A stretch of 63,015 nt of DNA, filler included, from Reclinomonas americana ATCC 50394 (GCA_048213135.1; 10 parts of 10 records of this genome joined end to end with filler, not necessarily neighbours in it), one strand, 5' to 3'. Counted from the whole stretch's first letter, positions 12,226 through 25,600 are shown. Numbers and translations are program-made. Notes: a model not told the origin generated them from the letters alone.

Positions 12226-15200
12226 TCACGTCTCGGGTAACGGGGCGCGGCAGGTGGGGCATTCCATTCTGTCAGGGAGCAAGGGTGAGAAGGTGAGGGG
12301 AAAGAATGAAACAGAACTTGAAGAGTCGCAACTTCATGGCCATCCACCGTTCCAGACACTCGGTGTGGAACACATGATTGCACGGGGTGATCATCACACG
12401 TCGATCACGCATGGACTCCCGCCGCTTCCGCTTGATGGCATCGCTCACTCCCGGTTCTGTAGGCGGATGGGATATGAGAGGAAAATCGAGCAACCCTGTA
12501 TCACAAAGTGGTGCCACACCTCTTGCTCTCCTATCCTCGGCGTTCATCGACAGCAGCGGCACTGCATCCTCGCCTCTACCCGATTCGAGGTCGCGGAACT
12601 CACGTGCCTCGTCCTCATCGTCATCCTCGTCCTCACGCTCGTCGGCTGCCGATCGGTTGATCGACACAGCGGCGGGGCGCAGGGCCGATGATGCAGCCAC
12701 GGCAGCCTGCGCAGCGGCTCGAGCGTTCTGCGGCGAGTCTCCCGCCGCACCCTCCACATCGTCGACCGTGTGCATGCAAATGACACAGTCAGGCGCCTCG
12801 TGGTCCTCCTCGATCCATGCACCGAGCCTGAAAAAGTCGTACTTGGCCGGCAGCCACTGCGTGGGATGAGGGGTTGTCGTCGTGAGTGTTGATGAGCGGC
12901 AAAGTGCGCCTACATCGTGAAAACGCACCGATCGTGGAATGAGGAAGCGCGGACCGAGCCAGTGCTGCACGAGAAGCAGCGCCATCTGGCCGAGCACCAC
13001 CATGATGATGACAATGACCAGCCACGGATCCGGGCGGATGCGGAAGAAGTTGTCGGGGCAGGCGAAGAAGTCTGCGGGAGGACGTGAACTCCACAGCAAC
13101 AGCACGAGGAGCAGATGAAGAGGTGAGAAACGCAACAGGCCGGTACCACCAGACGCGTAAGGCTCATCACGATAATGTATTGCCTGTGCGCAGGGTCAGC
13201 TCGGTGCGCAGCACATCACCGCGTCGAGTAAAAATGCAACGCAACGGATGCAGTGCACGCTGTGCATCACGCCACACATTGCGCACGATTTGTGGAAGCC
13301 AGAAGCAGTACAAGGCGACAAAGAATATCCACACGGACGAGCCCAGGTTGTACGCCGNNNNNNNNNNNNNNNNNNNNNNNNNNNNNNNNNNNNNNNNNNN
13401 NTTAATTAATTAANNNNNNNNNNNNNNNNNNNNNNNNNNNNNNNNNNNNNNNNNNNNCCTCAATTGTATCCCTTCCTGCTTTCCCACTTCCCCCTATTTC
13501 CCAACTTCCTGCTTCTTCTCTCGTCCAACTCATTCCCCTCCCTGTCTTTCTCTCTCCTTTCCTCTTCCTCAATTGTCTCCCTTCCTGCTTTCCCACTTTT
13601 CCCTGCTTCCCTACTTTCTTGCTTCTTCTCTCGTCTTCATCACTCTTTTCCTCTTCCTCTCTTCCTTCTTCACCTTTCTCCCCTTTCCCTTCCTCAATTG
13701 TCTCCCTTCCTGCTTTACATTCTTGCTTCTTCTCTCGTCCAACTCATTCCCCTTCCAATCCTTGTCACCCCGTTTCTCTCTTTTCTTCCCTTTCCTTTCC
13801 TCTCTTTTCTCCCTCTCTCTCTCTCCCCGCTCTCTGTTCGCCTCTCTTTCCTCCACTTTTCCTCCTTGTTTCCACAACCTCTCTGTTCCCCCTCTCTATT
13901 CCTCTTGTCCTCCCCCTTCCTCCAACGCAACAAAAGCGAGCATACAGCATGGTGACTTGCGAGCGTGCATCGTCGTCGGCATCCGGTGGCCGTTGCGCCT
14001 TCCACACCGACAGCAAGTACCGCATCTCGAAAATGGCAAACAAAACAAACTTGAAAAACGCGGCCGTGGCGAAGGCGTTGAACACGGGCTCTGAGGAGGG
14101 GGAAAGAGGGTGTGAGCTGGTTAAACAACCTCTTGATGATTATCAAGCACGTCCGCACCAAAGAGTATGCCCGTGGTCAGGTTGAAGAGGCACAAGTACG
14201 CATCGAGAACCGACTGCAGGCCAAGTGTAAAGACCGACACACGAACAGCCCCCTGTGCATCGTAGACGAGGTCAATATCGCTCGACAAATCAAGGCTGCC
14301 TTCCCAAGTCGTGCGCAACAGATTGCGAGCGAGTATAGTCCATCTGGCGAATGGTGGCCAGCACCTGGACGCATGTCAACTGCGAAAGAGGGAGTGAGAC
14401 TCGGCCGCCCATGATACAGAGGAAGATCGATCGAACGCACCACCACCAGCATCAGCGTGTAGCGCGCTGTCTTGCGCGTGATCTCCGACAACTCGAGCGA
14501 CGACATGGACAGCGTGATGTTGTAGCCACACTGCGCCGAGATGGCGGTGCCCTCCAGAGTCAGGCGGTAGCCGTTGCGACCGAGCGAGGGCTGATTGCTC
14601 GTCGTGGCGGTGCCGGACGAGGTGCCTCCCGTCGATTCGTTCTCGGCGTCCGAGAGGGAGGAGTCTGAGCAAGGGGACAGTGAGCAAGGAGGGGAAATAA
14701 CATTAAAGGGTGGAGATCGGAGAGATGAAACAACAAGAGACTAAATAGAAGAAGCAGAGAAGACGAGGGCTGCAGGTGACGGCGAGGAGTGGAGAAAAGA
14801 TAGATGAAACAGCAAGAGATTAAACATAAACAGAGCACGAAGAAGGCGGCAGGAGTGAAGGAAGACAAGAAAGAAACTTAAGGCGAGGAGTGGAGAAAGG
14901 ATAGATGAAAGAGAAAGAGACTACATAGAAGAAGCAGAGAAGACGACGGCTGCAGGTGAAAGAAGGAAAAGAAGAGACTGTAGACGAGGAGTGGAGAAAG
15001 CATAGATGAAAGAGAAAGAGATTAATAGCAGAAACGGAGCACGAAGAAGGCAGAAGAAGTGAGGGATAGCAAGAAAGAGCCTGAAGGTGTGGAAATGGGC
15101 AGCAAAGGTAAGGGAACATAAGGTGCAATGGAAGTGTTGCAGACAAGAATCGGGCAGCGAGGGAGACTTGGACAGCGGAGTACGAAACGCTAAGGGAAGA

Positions 15201-16483
15201 GAGGGACAAAAAGAAAGGAAGCCAAGCAACACGCACACAAGCGAGAAACAAGACACCGCACAGAATTGACACCCTCTTCATCGTCCGCACTTCTGCCGCC
15301 CTTCCCCTTCTGCCGCCCTTCCCCTTCTCCCACCCTTCTCCCTCATTCTCCCACCCTTCCCTACTCCTCCCACCCTGCTCCCTTCCCCCCAAACTCACCC
15401 TCCGACTCACTGCCGTCATCCCGCTTCAGCGGCTCGGCGACGGCCGTCATCACCAACAGCAGTTGGCACTGGCGTGGAGCCAGCATGCTGTTGCTACTTG
15501 CTTGTATGGGTGTCGGCGTGATGGTCGGCGGTGACGTGGCGTCCATGCCGCTCTGCGAAACACAGTCAGCACAGCGCACCACCATTGCTGGAGACCTGCG
15601 AGCAACGTAACATCGTCGGTCATCTCGTCGGACACGGTCGAGTTGAAGAAGCTGGGTGGCACGGGTGAGAAAGTCGGCTGTCCCAGGCCACTGCCAGATG
15701 TTGCACACAAACAATGCCACGTGTCAGCGGACAACAACTGCTTTCGGCGACGGAGAGGCATGTCACGTACCGCTGTGGAGTGGCCACGGCGTGCAGCACA
15801 CCCGCGGCAAAGTCGTAGACACCGTACAGGGTGAAGCGGTGCGTTGGATCGTTGATGAAGGCGCCCTCGCGAAGCGTCAAATCGCCCTCCACAAATCGCT
15901 GCGTGCCGGCGTCAATCGGCACCAGGAAGCCGCCACCCGCCCGCCGCGCCAGACCACTGGCACTGAGCGATGAAGACGACGACGACGACGATGAAGACGA
16001 CGACCCCGACGCCGTCGACGTGCCAGAGCCAGTGCCGGTGCGCGACAAGCCGCCGCTCAACGACACCGACTGAATACGCGCCGAGGCCGTGCCAAACGCC
16101 TGAAACGCGCCCAACGCCTTCATCTGCCCCGGCTGCTGCTGCGACGACGCATCGCCACTCGCACTCTCCTCCGCCGACAACGGCGGCGGCACACTGGCAA
16201 AGCTCCATTTCCCACGATACACATCGCTAATGTTCAGCGGTGTCGTTCGCTGAGGCTGTTGCGAAGAAGAAGAAGAAGAAGCCGCGCGTCCCCCCGACGA
16301 CACCAGCGTCGCCGATGACTCCACCGTGGCCACACTCTCGCCCAATCCCACTGCCGGCGATGGAGGAGGAATGACGATTTCCACTTTTTCTGCTGCAGTT
16401 CCCATGGATTCCGCATCGGCGACGATCACAGATGCACACAGCGATACCGCAATGATGAAGACGACGATCACCAGTGGAGACAT
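12226..16483 (-). CDS. TUL1: Transmembrane RING-H2 E3 ubiquitin ligase, Tul1/Dsc1/FLY1 family (multi-exon, spans gap 13358-13457)
   Basis: Signal peptide MSPLVIVVFIIAVSLCASVIVADA. TM-region motifs DAYLCLFNLTTGILF, FKFVLFAIFEMRYL, FWLPQIVRNV, FACPDNF, QHWLGPRFLIP. Split RING DCVICM...TPCNHVFHTECLERWMAMKMECPTCRAPLP*. Confidence 0.9.
13458..13770. repeat. Degenerate pyrimidine-rich tandem repeat in a TUL1 intron
   Basis: cctcaattgtctcccttcctgcttt and cttgcttcttctctcgtc each recur three times at about 110-125 bp spacing. Confidence 0.7.
14740..15060. repeat. Degenerate tandem repeat in a TUL1 intron
   Basis: gaggagtggagaaa...atagatgaaa x3 (about 100 bp apart) and agaagaagcagagaagacgaNggctgcaggtga x2 (180 bp apart). 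Confidence 0.75.
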
Positions 16484-17083
16484 TGGGCGTCGGTGTGATA
16501 ATGAGCGCGACATCTCGCGCGCACGTGTGTGTGTGACTCCTTTGTCGCGCGCACTAACACAGAGAGGAGAGGAGGCAGCGGGTGCCTGCTGATGTCGCGA
16601 TGCCTGTGCGCGCATGTGTGTGAATGTGAGTCAGCGAGTGTGAGATTGAATGAGTGAATCGCAGTGACCATGAACGACGTGTGCACGAGTGTGTGTCTGT
16701 GTCAAGCAAGAGGCAGTGGCGAGTGTGCGAGTGCGAGTGTGAGAGAGCGAGAGAGTGCACGTGTGTGTCTGTGAGGCAATGAGTTAAAAGTGAACACGCA
16801 CACACACAAGTCAGCGTTGACTGCGTGCGCGTGCGTGTGCGCGTGTGTGTGCATCAGTGAGAGCGCGCGCACAGACACAGCAGCCACAAGCGAGCGAGAC
16901 AGAGAGACAGAGAGAGAAAGACAACACAAGTCAAAAAGTGCTCACACGCACCGTTACTCACAAAACGACGCACTTGCTCCCCAGCACGCACTCAGACACA
17001 CAGTGCGCACGTGCGTGTCACACACACACACTAACAACACACAAACGAAACGGCCGCCAATTCGCCTTTCACTTGTCACAACA

Positions 17084-20000
17084 ATGGACGCCGTCTTTCC
17101 TCCACTTCTCTTCGCGCTCGGCCTCTTCCTCGCGCTCTGGTACGCCTTTACGATGACCAGCGCACGGATGACTGCAGTCAAGCGACAATGCCCTCCACGC
17201 ACTTTAGAAGCAGAGTTAGTTGTGCCTTTGCAGGTGCGTCTGTGGGGTGCATCGACGGCGGCGTATCAAGTGGAAGGCGGTGTGGTGAACAATCAGTGGT
17301 GCAAGTGGGAGGATGCGGATCATTGTAGTAGCAGTGATGAGGATGAGGTGGTGGTGGTGGCGGAGGCCGAGAGGCATGTGAAGACGGGGGAGCGGTGTGG
17401 TGTGGCGTGTGATCATTGGAATCGGTGAGTGTGGCGTGGGGGTGGGAGGGGAGGGGTAGAGGGGGAAGAGGGGGATGGGGGAAGGGAGGAGGTGCATGCA
17501 TTTCGTGGAGAGCAGATTGCACAGGAAGCTTGGAGGCTCTTGCAGTTTGCAGTCTATCTGTGTGAGAGTCCTTGCAGCTCACCTTCGATGCAGTAAGTGG
17601 GATAGGTTGGTTGTTGCAGTTCGTGGACAGCTTAATACAAGCCTTTGGGAGAGGGCGGCAGCTGAGAGGTTCTTGCGGTTTGCTATAGAGTCTTGCAGCT
17701 CTCCTTGGATGCAGTGAGTTATGGGCATGCAATCTTTTGAGACTGGGTAACGGCTGGGAGGCGCATGCAGTTTGCAGTCGTTCTGCGTGAGAGAGTCCTT
17801 GCAGCTCCTCTTGTATGTAGTTAGTGGAGTGGGAGAGTTCATGCATTTCGTTGTATTGAGAATGCAAGCCTTTGAGGTGCATGCAGTTTGCAGTCGTTCT
17901 GCGTGAGAGAGTCCTTGCAGCTCCCCTTGTATGCAGTAAGTGGGGATAGGCTGGTTGTTGCAGTTCGTGGACAGCTGAATGCAAGCCTTTGAGAGAGGGT
18001 TTGCTAGCTCACCTTGGATGCATTTCATTGTATTGAGAATGCAAGCCCTTGACTGCTGGGAGGTTCTTGCGGTTTGCTGGCGTACTACGTGAGAGTCCTT
18101 GCAGCTCACTTTCGATACAGTGACGGCAGACAAGTTCATGCATTTCGTTGGGTTGAGAATGCAAGCCTTTGAGAGGGGGTGACAGCTGGGAGGTTTTTGC
18201 AGTTTGCTGTCGATCTGCGTGAAAGAGACCTTGGAGCTCCCCTTGCATGTAGTTAGTAGAGTGAGAGAGTCCTTGCATCTCCCTTCGATGCAGTGAGAGT
18301 GGCGACAGGCGGGTTGTTCACTCATGTGGGTTGCGGAGAGCCAGAGAGAGTGGAGATGCTGCTGCAGGAATAATGCATCAATAGAAGGGTGCTTCCTGCA
18401 GCGCATTTGTATTATGTTAATCTATCCCTTTATCCACCTTCGTTGACTCACTTCCCCTTCCCCCCTCGCGCAGTTTCGACGAAGATCTCGAGCGCATGAA
18501 GGAACTCGGTCTCAACTCGTACCGCTTCTCCCTCGAGTGGTTTGTCACTCCATCCGCCTGCCTGCCTCTCCGTCGCTCATCCCACCTTCCAGGAGTCGCA
18601 TCGAGCCCGAGAAAGGCGTGTTCGACGAGGCGGCAATTGGACGGTACCGCTCGTGGTGCATCAAGCTGCGCGAGGCCGGCATCGAGCCGATTGTCACTCT
18701 CCACCATTTCACCGACCCGCTCTGGTTGCGCAAGTCGGCGTTCCCCGAGGAAAGCGACGCGCTGCTCGACAACACCGATCGCCCGGGTTTCGAGTGGGAG
18801 GACAGCGTGTTCCACTTTACCGACTTTTGCACGTTTGTGGTGCGCCGTCTCGGTGATGTCGTCGACTACTGGATCACCATCAACGAGCCGTACGTGTATG
18901 CGGTGAACGGGTGGCTCAAGGCCGGTGAGTCGCGCGTATGCGGGAGGGGTGGAGTGCGCGACGCAAAGATGCTTACTTGCCAATGTGCAGAATTCCCGCC
19001 GGGCGTGCGCGATGCAAAGCGCATGCTGCAGGTCATTCGCAACCTGCTGCTCGCCCACGCTGCGGCCTACAATGTCATTCACGACAATTGCAAGCGACCC
19101 GAGTGTCGCGTCAGCTTTGCCCACAATGTTGCGTTGAGGGAGATGACGGTCCTTGTTTCTCCCTTGTTGCTAAACGGTGGAGCGCAGGTTTCTGTGTTTG
19201 AAGCGAAACGGTGGTGGCATGTTGGCGATGTGGCGGTGGCGGGAGCGGTGAGTGAGTGTGTGAAGTATGTGAGTGAGAGGATTAACTCACCGTCATGTGC
19301 TTGGTCACGCAGCTGAGCGAGTTCAGCAACGACTCGGCGATCAAGGTGCGGTGCATCGCCGCCACTCTTCTACTTTCCCTCCCTCGCGCTCACTCTGCTC
19401 TCATGTGCTCAGGCGGCGATGACTGGATTTATGCAACTTGGACCCGGCCCGGGTCTTCCCAAGCTGATCGAGTATCACGAAGTGCTGCGGGGCACACTGT
19501 GCGTCACCCCTTCTCCCCTCTTCTCACTCGCTCAAGGGAGCTGCTGCTGACTTCCTTTCCCTCGCCCCCGGAAGTGACTTTATTGCCGTCAATCACTACA
19601 ATCGACTGGTGGCCAGTTGCGTGCATGGTCATCTTCTTCCTCGTCACGTCGTGGCATCTCACCACCCGTGCAGGCTTCTCGCTCGTGCAGTGGCCTCCGA
19701 TCGACATTTCTTTCGACCCGAAATGCGAAAAGAATGACATGGGATGGGATCTGACTCCGCTCTCCATGTACGAGGCCCTGATGAAGCTCAAACCGTACGG
19801 ACTGGATGGTTTGTCGCTCGATCGTTGCGCCATATGCCACGTACGTTCCCTCACTCTTTACCTGTGTACAGTAATGATCACGGAAAGCGGCACGTGCGAC
19901 GGCGAAGTGCCGGACAGAAGGCGACAGGTGTGCCCCGAATCAAAGAAGCGCCGCCAAATACGAGCAGCACTCCTCACGCTTCCTGCACAGAAACACCTCG

Positions 20001-20485
20001 CCGACACCATGTATGCCATCGACTGTGCCGTCAAGCAGGGCGTGAAGGTGAGACGTGCTCAACATGCGTTGCTCTTTTCTTTCGTCTCAATCTCGTGTGC
20101 CTGCTCCTTCAAATCATAGGTCATCGGCTATCATTACTGGTGAGCTGCCTGCTTGTTGTTTGTTGCTTGGCAGTGCATGACACTGACACTGACACCCGTG
20201 CCACAGGTCGCTGATGGACAACTTTGGTGCGGCATTATCTCTCCCCGCAATCGCTCCCTCGCCTTGTTGCTGACACGTCCCTGCGCAGAGTGGGCTCACG
20301 GATTCCAGCCTCGCTTTGGCTTGTATCGCATGAATTACGCCACGCAGGAGCGCACACTCACGGGCGGCGGCTCATTGTATCGCGACATTATCCAAGCGCA
20401 CCAAGAACGCGGCGGCGAACGGGCTGCCGTGCGACGCGCCAAACCCACGCCACCACCGAGGCCGGCGCACCTCAAGGCTCCGTAG
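17084..20485 (+). CDS. Glycoside hydrolase family 1 (beta-glucosidase-like) with N-terminal membrane anchor, multi-exon
   Basis: [57 protein letters not shown], acid/base TINEP, DFIAVNHY, nucleophile ITESG, YWSLMDNFEWAHGFQPRFGLY. Includes two 20-nt micro-exons near 20120 and 20207. Confidence 0.93.
17490..18410. repeat. Mosaic degenerate repeat in the ~1-kb first intron of the GH1 gene
   Basis: Modules gagagtccttgcagctc(a/c)cctt, tgcatttcgttgtattgagaatgcaagcctttgag, gggaggttcttgcggtttgct and gggataggNtggttgttgcagttcgtggacagct recur in shuffled order. Confidence 0.8.
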
Positions 20486-20548
20486 GCGAACACATAATCT
20501 TTAGATTGCGAGGGGACAGGAAAAAAAAGGGTGGTAAACTACACAAGT

Positions 20549-21048
20549 TCACAATCGATACACGGGCTCGCTCAGAATTCTCTCCACCGGCGACAGAGCG
20601 AGCGGCAACTCCACCTCCATGGTGACCTCCCACGCCTCATTGAAATCCGCCGCCACCTGCCTCTCATTTGCTTGCCGACACACCTCCACGCTCTGCAGGA
20701 ACACCTCGCATGTGTCCTCCCGTGAGCACAACACGCGGCCGTCGGCCGACAGCAACTGCATCGCCATGTCTACATGCAAAAAAGACGGTGAGTGCAAGGG
20801 CGGCACTCATCTCGACAGGAGATGCAAGTACCGTGCGGTCCTCCGCGGAATTCACGGTACGGCACCGCCGTCCATCGCTCAGCCAGGTCCATTTCCCGCG
20901 TGAGTGAGAGGCCCTCGGTGAGGTACCTGGCCGGTGCGCGCCGTTCGACCACGAGTGGCGCCGCGGCCGCACTCATCTCGTCCACCAACTCGATGAGGAA
21001 TTCGAGTGGTCGGCGGGTGGGGTCCAGGCAGCGGAAGCGGAAGACCTG
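20549..21048 (-). CDS. Hypothetical protein, last two exons (5' part lost in gap)
   Basis: Coding-like exons VFRFRCLDPTRRPLEFLIELVDEM...GTCISCRD and DMAMQLLSADGRVLCSREDTCEVF...PVYRL* separated by a GT-AG intron. Confidence 0.55.
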
Positions 21049-21294
21049 GATGAAAGGGGGGGAAGGGGAGAGGGAAAAGGGGAAGGGGAACTGAGGGGGG
21101 ATGTAGGAGGAATAGGAAAAGAAGAGGAAGAGTGGAGGAGGAGGAGGGAGGAGAAGAAGAAGAAGAAAAACAAGAACAAGAAGAAGAAGAAGAANNNNNN
21201 NNNNNNNNNNNNNNNNNNNNNNNNNNNNNNNNNNNNNNTTAATTAATTAANNNNNNNNNNNNNNNNNNNNNNNNNNNNNNNNNNNNNNNNNNNN

Positions 21295-21371
<77 letters not shown>

Positions 21372-21527
21372 GAGGAGGAGAAGAAGAACAAGAAGAAGAA
21401 GAAGAAGAAGAAGAAGAAGAAGAAGAACAAGAAGAACAAGGAGAAGCAGAAGAAGAAGAAGAAGAACAAGAACAAGGAGAACAAGGAGAACAAGAAGAAC
21501 AAGAAGAACAAGAAGGAGGAGGAGGAG
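21295..21527. repeat. (GA)n and (GAA/GAAC/GAG)n purine microsatellite
   Basis: Low-complexity purine run directly after the gap. Confidence 0.9.
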
Positions 21528-21611
21528 GGCACGAGTGTCAGTGATGTGGGTGTTTGCACAATGCAGAAAGTGCACTTTCCCTATCGGAAGTTAGATTTCG
21601 GCGTGCACGAA

Positions 21612-22396
21612 CCAGGCTTTGGGTTGAGGATCTCAAAGATGCCGTGGCACGCCGTCGCTCCAATGTGTCTGTCGGTGGCGAGTTCACAACACAGCCTCGA
21701 AACGCCTAGCGCACACATTCATGCGTACCCCAGGACAGCCAAGGCGGCGACCAGCGGCACACCCGGAATGCGCGGCACCTTGTTCAGGCGCGACGTGCTG
21801 GTGTTGATTACCGCGTACGTCTGGAAGCCCATCATTCCAGACACCTACAACACACTATTCGTGAGGAACGAGATAGGATGGGGAGAGGAGAGGGGAGAGC
21901 GGAGGGAGCTCAACAGCATCGCCCGGCGCAAAGCCGGGATGCTTGCTCTCCTCGACGATTCCTACACCGCTGCCGTCCATCACCGTGCCCAGCTGCAGCG
22001 ACAGAAACACACATGTAAGGAGAGGGAATGGAGAAAGGAGAGAAGGAGGGCGAGGGGAGAGAATGCACACCGGAATGCTGGGGCGATAGGAGGGTTTCTC
22101 CGAAGTCCCTGTGAGCATTGCATCAGTGCGTGTGCGTGTGCTTGTCTCCGCTGCATTTGTGAACGCAACAGATACGCATGGCAGGGTCCAGGCTGAGGTA
22201 GAGCACGCGCACCAGCGCCTCATTCTCCTTTAGCTCGGGCACCGGCACCTGCGAGAATCAGCAGTCAGCACTTGTCTCACTCACTCTTCTCTCGTCTCAC
22301 GCGGCGCACATCCTCGTGCTGAAAGTCGTCCTCGTGGAAGTTGCCCTCGGGGCGCCGCACGAGCAGAACGCGGTGATTGATGCGCTCAGATGCCAT
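21612..22396 (-). CDS. NADP-dependent alkenal/prostaglandin reductase-like MDR oxidoreductase (PTGR/CurA family), 5' half; remainder lost in gap
   Basis: MASERINHRVLLVRRPEG...VPELKENEALVRVLYLSLDPAMR...GVGIVEESKHPGFAPGDAVSGMMGFQTYAV...GATACHGIFEILNPKPG. Confidence 0.85.
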
Positions 22397-22674
22397 TGCG
22401 AGAACACGCAGTTGAACTTACGTGTGCATAGCAGGACTTGCACTGGACTTTTTTCCGACGTCGATCTGCAAGTCACAGCTGTGTTTATCGAGACTGACAC
22501 GCGCGCCCCCGCCGGGTCACTGGTGTTGGAGATGCACATACCCAACAAGCACACACAAACACACTGCGCATCTCACGCTCATGTTCTTTCCACCGTGCCC
22601 CATCCCCTCTTCCCTCCTTGTCCTACCCTCCGCACATACGTAATTCATTATTCTCATCTCCACCACTCTCGACC

Positions 22675-25600
22675 TTACAGCACCACACACCGTGTGTCTG
22701 CCTGTCGAGCCGCCGACTCGTCCAGAGCACCTACTCCGAGAGCCACCACGGCACCGACGATACGCTCGACGAGACCCGTGTGCCGATTCATGACAAACAG
22801 GAGTCGGTCACGCGACAATCCCACCACCCGGTCACTTCCCACAGAAACGGATTGAACAATCAGACTGTCGGCCGGATGCGGTGGCAGCAGGTCACCCGTG
22901 GCCAGCAACCATCGACGTATACTGCCGCTATCATCGCGACTGACGACATGCTGCGCCTCATCCACAACCTCGGTCGACAGAGACGTTATGAAAGATGTGT
23001 GGCACTGGAGCACAAACTGTTCACGCTCGTCGCCGTTCGCAAGCAGCACGCGTACCGACTTGTCAATCGCACACAATAGCGTGTTGTTATCCGGCGTCAG
23101 CATCACCACACCACAGTGCATACCGGGCACTTGCAGCCGTCGAACTTCTTTACCAGTGGCAATCATCCACATCTGCACGAGTACGGCACTGTTGATGAGT
23201 GCCGAATCGGTGCTGAGCGCCATTACATATTGACCGTCGGCGCTGATAGCCACAGTCGACATCTTGGCGGTTGGAAAGCTCCGCACTTGTTCACCAGTCG
23301 GTAGAGACCACACGCGTACGGTCTGGTCGGTGCTGCCGGTGACGACGTAACGACCATGGCTGGTACACGCAAGTGCGGACACGCCGGATGTGTGACCCGA
23401 TAGGACGCACACCTCCCGTTCTGCGTTGGGAACCAGTGACCACACTCGCAAGTCATGATCGTCACCACCGCTCACGGCATAGTCGCAGTCATTGTACCGA
23501 GCAACTACCGTCGCCGAGATGCGCTGCGAGTGCCCGTTGAACCGGCAAATTATCTCCCCAGTGTCGGCGGACCACACCCGCACAGAACAGTCCCAGCATC
23601 CGGTGACAACACGTGAACCATCGGCAGTAATGGCGACACAAGTCACACGCGTACCGCGCTCGTCAGCTTGCACAATGGCGTTGTCTTCGGACCAAACGCG
23701 CACTGTTTTGTCGGCACTTGCACTAATCACGTGCGAATCCGGTAACATGACCACTGACGTGACCGCTGCATTGTGGCCCTCAAATCGACGCACTTCTTCG
23801 CCAGTGAGAAGGGACCACGCGCGAATGGTGTAGTCTGCACTTGAACTCACTACAAACTGTCCGTCGCAGCTGACAGAAACGGCAAGGATCTCGCCTTCGT
23901 GCCCGGCCAGACGCGTTTCTTCTTGCCCACTTTCCAGTGACCACACTCGTATCGTCTTGTCCATACTCCCGGTCACCACATGCTTACCGTCTGGGGTGAC
24001 AGCCACACTGCGCAACCACGAGGTGTGGCCTTCCATCCGTCGCACTTCTTCCCCACCGGCCAATGACCACACTCGTAACGTGTCGTCAATGCCCCCACTC
24101 ACTACGAACTTACCGTCGGGAGTGACAGCCACACATCGCACAGCCTCAGTGTGCCCTTCAAACCGTCGCACTTCTTCTCCATTCGCCAGTGACCATACTC
24201 GCACAGTCTTGTCGTGGCTACCACTCACGATGAACTGCCCGTCGGGAGTGACAGCAACACATTCCACCCAACTCAAGTGTCCTTCAAAGCGTCGCACCTC
24301 CCGGCCGTCTAACAGTGACCACACTCGCACTGTGTGGTCCTCACTCCCGCTCACAGCAAACTGACCGTCGGGAGTGACTGCAACGCACCACACGCCCTCA
24401 GTGTGCCCGGTCATTCGTCGCACTTGTTCATTACTCAGCAGCGACCATACGCGCACCGTCTTATCACTACTCCCGCTTACTACGTGCCGCCCGTCTGGAG
24501 TGATGGCGACGGAATTAACTTCTTGCTCGTGACCCTCCATCGGCTTCCTCGGCCACTTTACACCCGTCACATCCGCCTCTCTGAAATCTGCCTCTCTCGC
24601 ATACGCCATGCACAGATTCACCCCTCGCAAATCCGCCCCCCTCCACACCGTCCTGTGCATCACCGCATCCCTCAAATCTGCACCCCTCACTCGTACACCC
24701 GACAGATCTCGCCCACTGAACGCCACTTGAGCCCCACACAACACTGTCAAAGCATTCGCCGCTGCCGTCACCACTCGCTCCTCATCCACCTCGCGTGACA
24801 ACCCAATCACCTCCCACAGCCTCGCTTGCAACGTGGGAGACCGTCGCACCACCTCCGCCATTTGCTCCACCAACGATGGTCGATCATTCAGCAGTCGAGC
24901 TGACAGCAGATGCTGTTGCACATCTTGCATCGTCAACCTCCTCTCCTCATGCCATGTCTCCCACGCAAACAAATGTCGCGCCACACAGTGCTCGAGCAGA
25001 GACAGGTGCACGAATCCCCACTGCTCAGTACCGAACCGTCGCACAATGGGACAGCACACTCGCACGTGCTGGTTTCTGTGGCCGAGAAACTTGTCAAATG
25101 GTCCTTCGCTTCTGCTTGGAGCTTCTGGTGCACCACCAAAATCATCACAGTCTTCCTCAAATGCTCTCTCTTCAGACATCGCGCGGACCACATTCCTCTC
25201 GTGCATCAACCGTGCCAGACCCTCACAGAACTCCAGACACGTCTCCTCCCGCGGCACACGCTCCGCACCGAGAAGTGTCTGTCTCTCCTGCTCCCTCACA
25301 ATCCACTGTCGAATGAATCGGTCAAACACATCGCACCGTGTCGGTCGCTGCACGCCACTCGCCACCAACTGCGGCAACACACGAGCGACCACTGCCAGCA
25401 TGAACGGATTCGACACCAGTGCATCCAGTCCCTGCACGCTCTTCAGTGCACGAAGGTACTCCTCGGCAGTTGACCATCTCTCTTCACCGTCATCACCGTC
25501 ATCATCACCATCACCCACTTGCACATGCCGCTCAAAGTACTCCACAATCTGTTCTCTGCTGAACGGCGCAATATGTCGCTCCGTCAGCTGCTGCACGCAC

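Noticed and set aside
21239..21575. Poly-Phe/poly-Leu 'membrane protein' ORFs
   Set aside because: Translations of GAA/GA microsatellites in an intron next to a gap.
20549..22396. Possible fusion of the MDR oxidoreductase with the exons at 20549-21048
   Set aside because: A gap of unknown size separates them, and the downstream exons show no Rossmann-fold or MDR motifs.
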